Of a stretch of 64,000 bases of DNA, positions 48,129 through 57,311 are shown piece after piece; position 1 is the first letter of the stretch, and the number at the start of each line of letters is the position of its first letter. The notes below the pieces were generated by a model. The model was not told where the DNA came from and did no database searches. It saw nothing but the letters and a program-made list of their open reading frames with translations. A program made the translations under genes and the position numbers. This DNA is from Patescibacteria group bacterium (GTDB taxonomy: Bacteria > Patescibacteriota > Patescibacteriia > CAIXNZ01), in contig JBAZJU010000008.1 of assembly GCA_041651155.1 (NCBI GenBank), forward strand, positions 1,932-65,931. Reading direction: 5' to 3'.

Positions 48129-48224
48129 GGGCGAAAACGCTCGGTCTTATTCTACCGGCGACTTTAGTCGCCGTTCAACCGCCACTAAAGTGGCGGTTAG
48201 GAAATTGAGAAGGCGTTTTCGCCC
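48129..48224 (-). ncRNA. candidate structured RNA element (96 nt, three stems) in the 5' leader of the 47160..48086 gene, or 3' of rsmI
   Basis: 12-bp closing stem gggcgaaaacgc / gcgttttcgccc. It encloses two 7-bp hairpins, cggcgacTTTAgtcgccg and ccgccacTAAAgtggcgg. Strand assignment is uncertain. Confidence 0.35.
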
Positions 48225-48261
48225 TTCCATATTTCATAATTCAGATCTCAGCTATCAGAAT

Positions 48262-48924
48262 TCATCCCACCACCACCACAAACTCCCCTTTTGTCACCCC
48301 CTTTTCCAGTTCAGCCAAAACCTCAGCAATGCTCCCCCGATAAACTGTTTCAAATTTCTTGGTCAATTCACGACAAACCACAACATGCTTATCCAAACCC
48401 ATTTCTTTTAACTTATTCAAAGTCTTCAAAATCCTGTGTGTTGACTCGTAAAAAACAGAAGTGAATTTATTATTAATGATTTCTTTTAAAATTGTTTCCT
48501 TGCCTTTTTTATGAGGTAAGAATCCATAAAAGACAAATTTATCAGTTGGCAAGCCAGAAATTGATAAGGCAGAAATTGCAGCATTTGCGCCTGGGATTGG
48601 TTCAATTTTTAGTTCTGGAATTTCTTTAAGCACCAATTCAATCAGCTTATTCCCCGGGTCAGAAATTCCTGGCGTACCAGCGTCAGAAACTAAAGCCAGA
48701 TCTTTGCCTTGTTTAAGCAAATCAATTATCTGATTAACCTTAGCCAAGCCAGAATGCTGAAAATAAGAAATTGTTGGAGTTTTAATCCCGTATTTGTCCA
48801 AAAGTATTTTAGTTGTACGCGTATCTTCGCACAAAACAAAATCAACTTCCTTAAGTATTCTTAAGGCTCTTAAACTAATATCTTCCAAATTCCCGATCGG
48901 AGTAGCGACAATATATAATTTCAT
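48262..48924 (-). CDS. rsmI: 16S rRNA 2'-O-methyltransferase RsmI
   Basis: 220 aa. MKLYIVATPIGNLEDISLRALRILKEVDFVLCEDTRTT is the canonical RsmI N-terminus. Confidence 0.85.
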   Translation of the reverse strand: MKLYIVATPIGNLEDISLRALRILKEVDFVLCEDTRTTKILLDKYGIKTPTISYFQHSGLAKVNQIIDLLKQGKDLALVSDAGTPGISDPGNKLIELVLKEIPELKIEPIPGANAAISALSISGLPTDKFVFYGFLPHKKGKETILKEIINNKFTSVFYESTHRILKTLNKLKEMGLDKHVVVCRELTKKFETVYRGSIAEVLAELEKGVTKGEFVVVVG

Positions 48925-49505
48925 ACAGGGTAGTCAATTGTTATTTTACCAGCCTTATAATCCTCAACTCGTTTTAAAAATTTTTCTCCGTCAATTAATT
49001 CCAAACCAAGCTCTTTTAATATTGCCAGCAAATTTGGTTCATGCAATTCACTGTCATCTTTATCTGCCAAAAATTCCACTTCTAATAAGTAGGCAAAATT
49101 TTCAATATGCTGCAAGCAAAGGCAATAATCATAATCCCTAAATTTATAGATAAATTCCTGCTTATGCTTCAAGGTTTTCGGCTGTTTTTCTAAAGGCAAA
49201 AAATCAAGTACTTGTTTTAAATGCTCTAAATGTTCCATTGAAGCCAACGGGATTTTAATCTCTTTACGGCAAATTTTAGTCACCAGACCCTTTTTACAGA
49301 CAAGCTCAATTGTTTTGTCAGAATTGCGTAATCTGATGTCTGTTTTATCCGCATCAGCTTTATAAAATTCCGTGGTAATGCTTTCCGTATTAAATAGCTT
49401 GAATTTTTCATTGCTATTTAAATAATCATTCAGCTGGTCATATTTTGCCTTATCAAAGACTGATTTTAGCTCAATTTCATAGAAATTTTCGGGTTTTTTC
49501 TCCAT
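48921..49505 (-). CDS. CYTH-domain protein (triphosphate tunnel metalloenzyme)
   Basis: 194 aa. N-terminal EIELK motif (FYEIELKSVF) typical of CYTH. Confidence 0.5.
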   Translation of the reverse strand: MEKKPENFYEIELKSVFDKAKYDQLNDYLNSNEKFKLFNTESITTEFYKADADKTDIRLRNSDKTIELVCKKGLVTKICRKEIKIPLASMEHLEHLKQVLDFLPLEKQPKTLKHKQEFIYKFRDYDYCLCLQHIENFAYLLEVEFLADKDDSELHEPNLLAILKELGLELIDGEKFLKRVEDYKAGKITIDYPV

Positions 49506-49603
49506 ACATAATGTCCGTCATTTATTAGGTTATTTGCCCTAAGCTTATCAAAAATATGATTTTTTTTCAAATCAAAAACGCCCATTTAATCGGGGCGTTC
49601 TTT

Positions 49604-49711
49604 TTACTCTTCATCATCTCTATCCGCAGTAGTAGGCTCGTGAAAAATATAATCTTGCTCGCAAGTGCAAGGATCTTGTTCGCAAATGGGACATGGATCA
49701 GACATAGTCAT
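49604..49711 (-). CDS. possible 35-aa Cys-rich peptide (MTMSDPCPICEQDPCTCEQDYIFHEPTTADRDDEE)
   Basis: ORF followed on the minus strand by the hairpin aacgcccc / gggcgtt plus a U-run. No clear SD. Speculative. Confidence 0.2.
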   Translation of the reverse strand: MTMSDPCPICEQDPCTCEQDYIFHEPTTADRDDEE

Positions 49712-49929
49712 TGGCTAATGAACATTTAATATTTAATGAAAAAATTATTCTTAAAAAGAATAATAAAATAAATTAAAAAATTATGCAAGAGGAAACTGTG
49801 CATAACTTTGATAAATCACAAAATCCAAATACCAAACTTCAAATAAATTTTAAAATCCAAGCACCAAATACAAAACAAGTTTGTAATTTGTAATTTAAAG
49901 ATTGGGATTTATTTGTGATTTGAGATTTG

Positions 49930-50910
49930 TTATTTGGTGCTTAAAATGGTTATTCTAACTTTCCCTAAATCACTTTGTTTGGGTAAGTGTTTTAATAAAC
50001 CATTTTTGGCTCCCATTCTCTGGATTACCCCATTGGCGTTTAAAATTGCTAAACGCAAACCATAATCCCAATCATTTTTTAATATCATCCCGGTACAAAA
50101 ACCAGAACCAAAAGCATCGCCAGCGCCTGTTGTATTAATCGCTTTGCTGCTTAGAGCCTTTGTATAGTAAATTAAGGTGCCATCACTTAAATAAGCGCCA
50201 TTAGCGCCATCTGTGACAAGATTATAACCCGGGCTTAAGTGATTTAATTCCTTAAAAATTGCTTTAATTTCTTTTTGGCCAGTTAACTTTTGCGCCTCCT
50301 CTTTATTTAGATTAAAAATATAAGTCTGCCTAATTAAGTTTTTTAATTTTTTAATTCCTAAATTCAACTCATCACTTCCCGGGTTCCAGCTGATTTTAAT
50401 TTTCTTCTTTTTGGCAAATGCAAAAATTTTATTCAATAATTTTAAATTGCCGGCTAAAGAAGTGAGATAAAACCATTTGGTTTTTAATTTTGGCCAATTA
50501 ATTTCTTTTTCAGAAAAATTAGCGCTGGCGCCGCGATAAACCAAAACTGTCCGATCTCCTTCGGGCATTAATAAAATTGTAGAATAGGCGGTTTTATGAT
50601 TTTTGTCAGCGATTAACTGGCTGATATCTATTTTTTTATCAGCCAAGGTGTGCATTATCTCCAAGCCATAGATATCCTTGCCCACGCGCGAAACAACCGC
50701 CGGGCTTAAGCCCAAATTGGCAAAAGTGTAAACGGAATTAGTGGCTCCCCCGCCTGTATCAAAATAAATATCACCTAATTCAACTTTGGAGCCATAAGCA
50801 AAGCATTCCCCCACTCCGGTTTTAAATTCACTGGATTTAATTAATTTAAAATTTTTGGATACTAAAAATACATCTTTAGTGGAAGAACCGATGGATATAA
50901 TGTCGTGCAT
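49930..50910 (-). CDS. PfkB-family carbohydrate/nucleoside kinase
   Basis: 326 aa. Motifs GGGATNSVYTFANLG and TTGAGDAFGSGFCTG. Confidence 0.8.
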   Translation of the reverse strand: MHDIISIGSSTKDVFLVSKNFKLIKSSEFKTGVGECFAYGSKVELGDIYFDTGGGATNSVYTFANLGLSPAVVSRVGKDIYGLEIMHTLADKKIDISQLIADKNHKTAYSTILLMPEGDRTVLVYRGASANFSEKEINWPKLKTKWFYLTSLAGNLKLLNKIFAFAKKKKIKISWNPGSDELNLGIKKLKNLIRQTYIFNLNKEEAQKLTGQKEIKAIFKELNHLSPGYNLVTDGANGAYLSDGTLIYYTKALSSKAINTTGAGDAFGSGFCTGMILKNDWDYGLRLAILNANGVIQRMGAKNGLLKHLPKQSDLGKVRITILSTK

Positions 50911-50949
50911 AAGTATAGGTTAATTTTGTTATTAATGAAAACTATTAAA

Positions 50950-51418
50950 CACGGATTATTTTCACGGATGCGCACGGATATTTTTCTAGTTAATTATTCG
51001 TTTAACTCTGACCCCATCCTTATTAAATATTATCAGTAAACCCAGCCTTAAATGATTCGCTTTTAAATAACTAAGGACTTGCTTAATATCCTTAGTATAG
51101 AATTCATTTGCCAGTTTTAATTCCACAACAATTTTATTTTCAATTACAAAATCCATGTAATATTTGGCTATAATCCTGCCATCGTACTTAATGTGCACAC
51201 AACATTCTTTCTTAAACTTTAAACCAGCATTTTCGTATTCAATTTGATGTGCCCTTTGAAGTACCTTCTCTCTATGCCCAAAACCCAACATATTATGAAC
51301 AGTATAAGATACGCCAATTATCTGTCGGGTCAATTCATAATATAATAAATCTTCTTCCCTAACTTTATTGTAAAAAAATCTGATAGATATCCGTGAAATC
51401 CGTGATTAAAATCCGTGA
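50950..51418. mobile_element. ~470-bp cassette bounded by inverted arrays of three CACGGAT heptamers, carrying a GxxExxY gene
   Basis: Left array: cacggatt (50950), cacggatg (50963), cacggata (50973). Right array: atccgtga at 51389, 51398 and 51411. Each array abuts the gene within 5-55 nt. Confidence 0.5.
50986..51333 (-). CDS. GxxExxY-family protein (PD-(D/E)XK-like), paralog 1
   Basis: 115 aa. The C-terminal 60 aa are near-identical to 52403..52774 (KQVLSYLKANHLRLGLLIIFNKDGVRVKRIIN). The N-terminal GxxExxY motif is degenerate here (GFGHREKVL). Confidence 0.55.
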   Translation of the reverse strand: MTRQIIGVSYTVHNMLGFGHREKVLQRAHQIEYENAGLKFKKECCVHIKYDGRIIAKYYMDFVIENKIVVELKLANEFYTKDIKQVLSYLKANHLRLGLLIIFNKDGVRVKRIIN

Positions 51419-51425
51419 TTCATAG

Positions 51426-52310
51426 TTAACCTTTCTTTTGTCTTACCCACAATTCAATAAAATACATAAAATTCTTCGCAATCAAACCAATCGCCTTTTG
51501 TTTATTTATTTTTTTATCCCTCCATCTTTCCAAAGGCCCATAAAAAATTGTTCGTCCCACAGCAAAACCAATAATTTCTTTAAACTTGTCTGCTGTTTTT
51601 AACCATTGGCTCACCAACTCTTTTGAACCAGCTCGACCCAAGACAATTATTTTTTCATCCTTGCCAATTAGTTTAATAATTTTTTGCCAGTCACTGTCTT
51701 TGTACATTGCTTCCAATTTCCAAATATCTGGTTTTACACCAAAAGCGCGTATTTCTTTAATTGCCTGGCAAGTTAGAGCCGGCCGAGCTTTGAGGTCATA
51801 ACTCTTTTTGTATTTTTTTAACTGAGCTGGTTCGCTCGGCACCAGGAGTTCAAAGAGAAATCCAATTTTCTTTCTTTTACAAAAGTCATTCAAAACTTTT
51901 AAACGTTTCAATTGAATCTGATTATCTTTTTTATTTATCGGATTATAACGTACCAAAACTTTGGCATAATCTGGCTTAAACTTCAAAATATGCGCGCCAA
52001 ATGTAGAACCATACTCAAAATCAAAAACATTCTGACCGCTTTTTTCAGTGGTTAAAATAGTTACTGCACCAAATTTCTTGGCTGAGCGTAAAATTTCTGT
52101 GCCAAACTCTTCATCAACTAAAACCCCCAACGCTTCCTTGCTTTTACTTTTGCTCCAAACTGCTTTAAACGCCTGCCAGATCATTTCTTTAGCTTCTTTT
52201 ACCTTATTATGCTGAGCTTTTGTCAAAGGCTCCTTAAAGCCAAATAAACCAGTGGCAAATGTCGCCCGATGGTCAAAAGGTAAGATGTAAAGTTGTTTAG
52301 GATCTTTCAT
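51426..52310 (-). CDS. class-I aldolase-like TIM-barrel protein (LacD / DUF2090-like)
   Basis: 294 aa. LYILPFDHRATF resembles the LacD/DUF2090 N-terminus (ALAFDQRGAL). Sandwiched tightly between the two GxxExxY cassettes. Confidence 0.4.
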   Translation of the reverse strand: MKDPKQLYILPFDHRATFATGLFGFKEPLTKAQHNKVKEAKEMIWQAFKAVWSKSKSKEALGVLVDEEFGTEILRSAKKFGAVTILTTEKSGQNVFDFEYGSTFGAHILKFKPDYAKVLVRYNPINKKDNQIQLKRLKVLNDFCKRKKIGFLFELLVPSEPAQLKKYKKSYDLKARPALTCQAIKEIRAFGVKPDIWKLEAMYKDSDWQKIIKLIGKDEKIIVLGRAGSKELVSQWLKTADKFKEIIGFAVGRTIFYGPLERWRDKKINKQKAIGLIAKNFMYFIELWVRQKKG

Positions 52311-52342
52311 ATATAAAGTAATATAATTAGAATTCTATGAAA

Positions 52343-52866
52343 CACAGATTTATACTCACTGATTACACTGATAAAATAAATAATCCACAGTCTGGAATAA
52401 TATTAATTTATTATTCTTTTTACTTTTACTCCATCCTTATTAAATATTATCAACAAACCTAATCTTAAATTATTAGCTTTCAAATAGCTCAAAACTTGTT
52501 TTACGTCTTTTGTATAAAAATCATTAGCTATCTTTAATTCTACCACCACTTTACCCTCTACAACAAAATCCATATAATACTTGCCAATTAATCTATCGAG
52601 ATAGAAAATTCTTACAGGAAATTCACTTTTAAAACTTATCCCTTGATCTTTAAATTCTTCCGCATATGCCCGATGATAAACCTTTTCCCGATAACCAAAC
52701 CCCAATTCGTTATAAACTTTAAATGAAATCCCAATAATCTTCTCCGTCAAATCTTCGTATAAAAACTCTTCCATACAAAATTTTTAAATGCAAATTATAA
52801 TTTATAGTATCTGTGAGCAGAATCAATGGTTCTTAAATCTGTGCAATCAGTGAATCAAATCAGTGG
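52343..52866. mobile_element. ~520-bp cassette bounded by inverted arrays of CACAGAT/CACTGAT heptamers, carrying a GxxExxY gene
   Basis: Left array: cacagatt (52343), cactgatt (52357), cactgata (52367), cacagtct (52386). Right array: atctgtga (52809), atctgtgc (52837), atcagtga (52846), atcagtgg (52859). Confidence 0.5.
52403..52774 (-). CDS. GxxExxY-family protein (PD-(D/E)XK-like), paralog 2
   Basis: 123 aa. Canonical motif GFGYREKVY (G-x-x-E-x-x-Y). Confidence 0.65.
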   Translation of the reverse strand: MEEFLYEDLTEKIIGISFKVYNELGFGYREKVYHRAYAEEFKDQGISFKSEFPVRIFYLDRLIGKYYMDFVVEGKVVVELKIANDFYTKDVKQVLSYLKANNLRLGLLIIFNKDGVKVKRIIN

Positions 52867-52876
52867 TTCCGTTATC

Positions 52877-53833
52877 CTATTTAAGTAATTTTCTTACTGC
52901 CTCAATTATTCCTTTAGTGTTCAAACCATATTTATCCAAAAGTTCTTTTCCCGTTCCCGATTCCCCAAATTTATCAGGCATACCAATTATTTTCATGGCT
53001 ACTGGATAATTTTGCGCCAAAACTTCTGCCACTGCGCTGCCTAATCCCCCATTTACCTGATGATCTTCAATTGTCACGACCCGATTTGTCTTTTTAGCTG
53101 ACTTAATGATTGTCTGCTTATCAATTGGTTTAATTGTATGGCAATTAATCACTTCTGCGCTAATTTTCTGTTTAGCTAATTCATCAGCAACCAAGAGAGC
53201 ATCATAAACCAAGGCACCGCAAGCAATAATTGTAATATCTTTTCCAGCGCGCAAAATTTCTGCGTGGCTGATTTTAAATTTTGAATTTTTATTTGTAATG
53301 ACAGGACTTTTGTCCCTGCCATAGCGAATATAAACAGGACCTTTGAATTTTGCAGCTGCCAAAACTGCTTTTTTTGTTTCCTCATAATCACAAGGTGCAA
53401 TTACAATCATATTGGGTAAAACTCGCATTAAAGCTATATCCTCTAAAGCCTGATGAGTGGCACCATCTTCGCCAACATTTAAACCAGCATGAGAACTGAC
53501 TATTTTAACATTGGCATTATTATAGCAAACTGAAAGGCGAATTTGTTCCCAATTTGTGCCAGGTGAAAAGACCGCAAATGAACAGATGAAAGGAATTTTC
53601 CCTTCCAAAGCCAAACCAGCTGCGACTCCTGCCATATTTTGTTCAGCGACACCAACTTCAATAAATCGACTTTGATATTTTTTCCCAAATTCAAGACAAC
53701 GAGTTGATTCAGCTAAATCAGCGCTGACAACTACCACATTTTTATTCTTTTTACCCAAAACCAAAAGCGCCGTGCCCAACCCATCTCGGCAAGCCTTTAA
53801 TTCTGGCTGTTTTGTTATTTGTGATTTGATCAT
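52877..53833 (-). CDS. transketolase, C-terminal subunit (pyrimidine-binding and C-terminal domains)
   Basis: 318 aa. Transketolase Pyr-domain alignment (FIEVGVAEQNMAGVAAGLA). Confidence 0.9.
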   Translation of the reverse strand: MIKSQITKQPELKACRDGLGTALLVLGKKNKNVVVVSADLAESTRCLEFGKKYQSRFIEVGVAEQNMAGVAAGLALEGKIPFICSFAVFSPGTNWEQIRLSVCYNNANVKIVSSHAGLNVGEDGATHQALEDIALMRVLPNMIVIAPCDYEETKKAVLAAAKFKGPVYIRYGRDKSPVITNKNSKFKISHAEILRAGKDITIIACGALVYDALLVADELAKQKISAEVINCHTIKPIDKQTIIKSAKKTNRVVTIEDHQVNGGLGSAVAEVLAQNYPVAMKIIGMPDKFGESGTGKELLDKYGLNTKGIIEAVRKLLK

Positions 53834-54006
53834 TGGATACTGTACTAATTACTAATTTTTAATTTATAATTTTAAAATAATTTCTAATGTTATAATTTTA
53901 AAATTTAGACATTAAATCATTTACTAAAAATTAATCATTTAATCATTAGATCATTGATTAAAAATTAAAAATTTATAATTAAAAATTAAACACAAGCAAT
54001 ATAGAC

Positions 54007-54828
54007 CTAACGGCTCAATTCCTCAAGTGCTTTTTCTGCCTCAATTTTTGATGGAGCTTTCCCGTGCCAGTTATAATCATTTTCCATAAAACTCACGCCT
54101 TTGCCGGGAATTGTGTGGGCGATTATAACTTTTGGCTTACCTTTTGTTTTTTTTGCCTTAATTAAGGCAGCCAAAATTTCTTTCATATTATTGCCATCAA
54201 TTTGCTGCACATGCCATTTAAAAGCTAAATATTTTTGATGCAAATGAGTCAAGGGCATTATTTTTTCAGTAAACCCGTCAATCTGAATCATATTGCGGTC
54301 TAAAATAAAAATTAAATTATCCAATTTGTATTTGGCAGCTGTCATGATTGCTTCCCAGGTTTCGCCTTCATCATGTTCTCCGTCACTAGTTACGCAATAA
54401 ATAAAATGTTTTTGTTTATTCATTTTCGCAGCCAAGGCCTTACCCACTGCCACTGAAACTCCTTGACCAAGTGGGCCTGAAGAACTTTCTAAAGCTGGCA
54501 GATCAAGATATGAAGGATGGCCTTGTAGTTTAGACCCTAATTTACGCAAGGTTTTTAACCAAGACAAAGGGAAATAACCAGCCCTAGCCATGGCAGCATA
54601 TCTAATTGGGCAAATATGGCCACATGATAAAATCAAACGATCTCTTTTGTCCCACAGCAGCTTTTTCGGGTCATGATTTAAAACATTAAAATATAAAGCG
54701 CTAAAAACATCAGCCATGCCTAAAGGACCCGCTGTATGGCCACTCCCTGCCTCAACCAGCATTTTAATCACATCTTGACGCAAAGTATTGGCCATTTTCT
54801 TAAGTTGTGCTAGGTTATATTTTTTCAT
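54007..54828 (-). CDS. transketolase, N-terminal subunit (TPP-binding)
   Basis: The ORF track extends to 54879. The likely start is MKKYNLAQLKK at 54828. Motifs GSGHTAGPLGMADV and GDGE-type TSDGEHDEGETWEA. Confidence 0.85.
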   Translation of the reverse strand: MKKYNLAQLKKMANTLRQDVIKMLVEAGSGHTAGPLGMADVFSALYFNVLNHDPKKLLWDKRDRLILSCGHICPIRYAAMARAGYFPLSWLKTLRKLGSKLQGHPSYLDLPALESSSGPLGQGVSVAVGKALAAKMNKQKHFIYCVTSDGEHDEGETWEAIMTAAKYKLDNLIFILDRNMIQIDGFTEKIMPLTHLHQKYLAFKWHVQQIDGNNMKEILAALIKAKKTKGKPKVIIAHTIPGKGVSFMENDYNWHGKAPSKIEAEKALEELSR

Positions 54829-55249
54829 TTTTATTAAAATACTCTCTATTTCTAAAAAGATAAATACTGCAGATGCCAAAAATAAATTTAGTTATAAATA
54901 TACCGTTTAATAATGATATTTCTTCATAATAACCGTAAAGAAACAAAAATATAATTTTAAAAATTTCCCAAAAGAATAAAAATAAAGCCGGAATAATTAC
55001 AAAGTATAGAGCCCAATTTCTTAATCTGTACAAAAAAATTCCTCCTATAAAACAATAAATAACAATTGCTATTGATTCAATAATCATTTCAAATAATGCT
55101 GGAAAATAATTTATAAAAACATCATACTTTATTATCAAATAAATAGTAGCAAGAAAATAAACAATACCAACAAATAATAAAATAACTGCAAAAATTCTGG
55201 CGAATTTATTAACATTTTTTATTTTATTCATATATTTATATTTCTTCAT
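54815..55249 (-). CDS. hypothetical membrane protein (144 aa)
   Basis: Four TM helices. Very AT-rich. ORF only. Confidence 0.3.
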   Translation of the reverse strand: MKKYKYMNKIKNVNKFARIFAVILLFVGIVYFLATIYLIIKYDVFINYFPALFEMIIESIAIVIYCFIGGIFLYRLRNWALYFVIIPALFLFFWEIFKIIFLFLYGYYEEISLLNGIFITKFIFGICSIYLFRNREYFNKNEKI

Positions 55250-55485
55250 CTTTATTTCTAGAAAATAACATTTACTATTTAGGTTGCACTAAACAATTAG
55301 ACCAATGATCCACACCCCAGGCGCTTGAATATCTCTCATATTTTCCACCAACATAATCGCAGACAACTTTACTCGGAACTCCTTTATAAAATTGTTTATA
55401 ACATGACGGCTCTTCTTGTTTAGACCCTTGGGGCTGAAGATTATCTGAAGACAAATTGCATACATATGCTTCGTATGTCTCAACT

Positions 55486-56214
55486 TTAAAATTTGCTAAA
55501 AAAAAATTTTATTTCAATATTATTTGAAAGTAAGGTTAACAGAGTGAATAATATAATTAAAATTACAAATAAAATCGCGTAAAATTTTATTGAAATAATT
55601 TCAGAACCTTTTTTAAATAATAAATAAATACTCAATGGTATCAAGCCGAGCAGGCAAAAGATGCTTAAAGGCAAAACAATGGCCAATACACTTTCATATG
55701 TTATAAAATTCGCTGATGCAGTAAAATGTGTATTCTGTAATATTTTAGCTAATAAAGATAAGGAGACAAAGTCAATAGTAAAAAAAATTAGTCCTAAGGC
55801 AATTTTTTGAGAAAAATTTATTTTTGGCTTGCCAGTTAATATATATATTACAGCTAAGACAGCTAGAACTATTAGCAATGGAATTTGGGCCAAAAAAAGT
55901 AAAAAAATCCAACCTTTTATAATAATGAATAGAATGATTAGGCCCAGAACTACACCAGCAAACCATTTACCAATTAAATGATAATTAATTTTTAATTGAC
56001 CTTTAATTTTTTGCTGGATCAAATAAATAATTATAAAAACAAAGCACACAATAATAAAGATTAATGCTGGCCATGACAGAATAACGATCCAGTCTTTAAC
56101 AAAATCAACAGCCGCTAATATCAAGCTGTCAGTGGATAATATTTTAAAAAATTGCAATAAAACAAAAACCACTGGGAGAAATATAGCGATTAAAATTTTA
56201 CTCAAATACTTCAT
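55486..56214 (-). CDS. hypothetical polytopic membrane protein (242 aa)
   Basis: ORF plus hydrophobicity only. Confidence 0.35.
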   Translation of the reverse strand: MKYLSKILIAIFLPVVFVLLQFFKILSTDSLILAAVDFVKDWIVILSWPALIFIIVCFVFIIIYLIQQKIKGQLKINYHLIGKWFAGVVLGLIILFIIIKGWIFLLFLAQIPLLIVLAVLAVIYILTGKPKINFSQKIALGLIFFTIDFVSLSLLAKILQNTHFTASANFITYESVLAIVLPLSIFCLLGLIPLSIYLLFKKGSEIISIKFYAILFVILIILFTLLTLLSNNIEIKFFFSKF

Positions 56215-56228
56215 AAATTTAAATATTA

Positions 56229-57281
56229 CTAATTATTTTTTTCAATATTCTTCTGATGATATTCTTCAATTATTTTGGCATATACTTTTTCATAGCCGGT
56301 AACCATTTTCCCCACGCTAAAATAAGTCTCTGCCCGCTTTCTGGTTTCTTCTCTGCTGATTTTATCAATCTTGTTAATAGCCTTCACCATATCAGCAACG
56401 CTTTTAACAATGTAGCCGGAGTGGCAATGGGATATAACTTCCGGCACAGCGCCGTTTCGCCAGCCAATGACGGGAGTGCCACAGGACATGGCTTCAATCA
56501 TTACCAGGCCAAAAGATTCATTATATTGAGTCGGAAATAATACCGCCTTAGCATTTTTCAAATATTTAATTTTTTCTTCCAATCCAGCCTCGCCCACATA
56601 TTTAATAGTTTCGCCGTCAATATTTTTTTCAATTTTTTCATGCCAATAGCCTTCCTGCGAATAGCTTGTACCTGCAATAATAAGTTTAACATTAGCGCCT
56701 TTAGCTGCTTCAATTGCCAAATGCACGCCTTTTTCTTCAGTAATCCTGCCCAGATACAAAAAATAATCTTTGGGGTTGGGATTAAAAGCGAATTTTTTCA
56801 AATCCAAGCCATGATAAATATTAGCCACCCAATTTAATTCAGGGGCCAATTTGCGCTGGGCAAGAGAAAAAGAGATGTAATTATTATTTTTAAAAAATTT
56901 AAGGATCTTTTTTGTTTCGCTGTCAATCGGACTATGGATTGATTGAACAGTCGGCACATGCGCCAAATAGGAATAAAAAGAAGATAACAGAGTAAAATGA
57001 GCGTGAATGATGTCAAAATTATCGCTATTTTTATAACATTTGGATAATAATAAATTCAAATAATTCCTTTTTAAATTATCGGAAATAGCCATTTTGGCGA
57101 CTGAATATTTATTAATATATTCCAATTTTGCCTTGGTTACAGAATTGCCGGCCGCATATAAGCTCACCTGATGCCCATGGTCAACCAAATGATCAGTCAA
57201 ATACGCAACATGCGAATAAATGCCTCGATTTGAATTCGGCGAAACCGCATAAAAATTTGAAGCTACTTGTGCTATTCTCAT
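56229..57281 (-). CDS. GT4-family glycosyltransferase
   Basis: 350 aa. C-terminal EX7E region ESFGLVMIEAMSCGTPVIG. Confidence 0.8.
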   Translation of the reverse strand: MRIAQVASNFYAVSPNSNRGIYSHVAYLTDHLVDHGHQVSLYAAGNSVTKAKLEYINKYSVAKMAISDNLKRNYLNLLLSKCYKNSDNFDIIHAHFTLLSSFYSYLAHVPTVQSIHSPIDSETKKILKFFKNNNYISFSLAQRKLAPELNWVANIYHGLDLKKFAFNPNPKDYFLYLGRITEEKGVHLAIEAAKGANVKLIIAGTSYSQEGYWHEKIEKNIDGETIKYVGEAGLEEKIKYLKNAKAVLFPTQYNESFGLVMIEAMSCGTPVIGWRNGAVPEVISHCHSGYIVKSVADMVKAINKIDKISREETRKRAETYFSVGKMVTGYEKVYAKIIEEYHQKNIEKNN

Positions 57282-57311
57282 AAGTTTAGTAATAAATTAA
57301 TTCATTAACTG

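Noticed and set aside
50940-52870. Heptamer arrays as a possible CRISPR array
   Set aside because: Repeats are only 7-8 nt with 3-15-nt spacers, occur in inverted arrays flanking genes, and have no cas genes adjacent. This is not CRISPR architecture.
55289-55483. 64-aa minus-strand ORF between two membrane-protein genes
   Set aside because: No RBS, no motif, and very AT-rich low-complexity context. Insufficient support to call.
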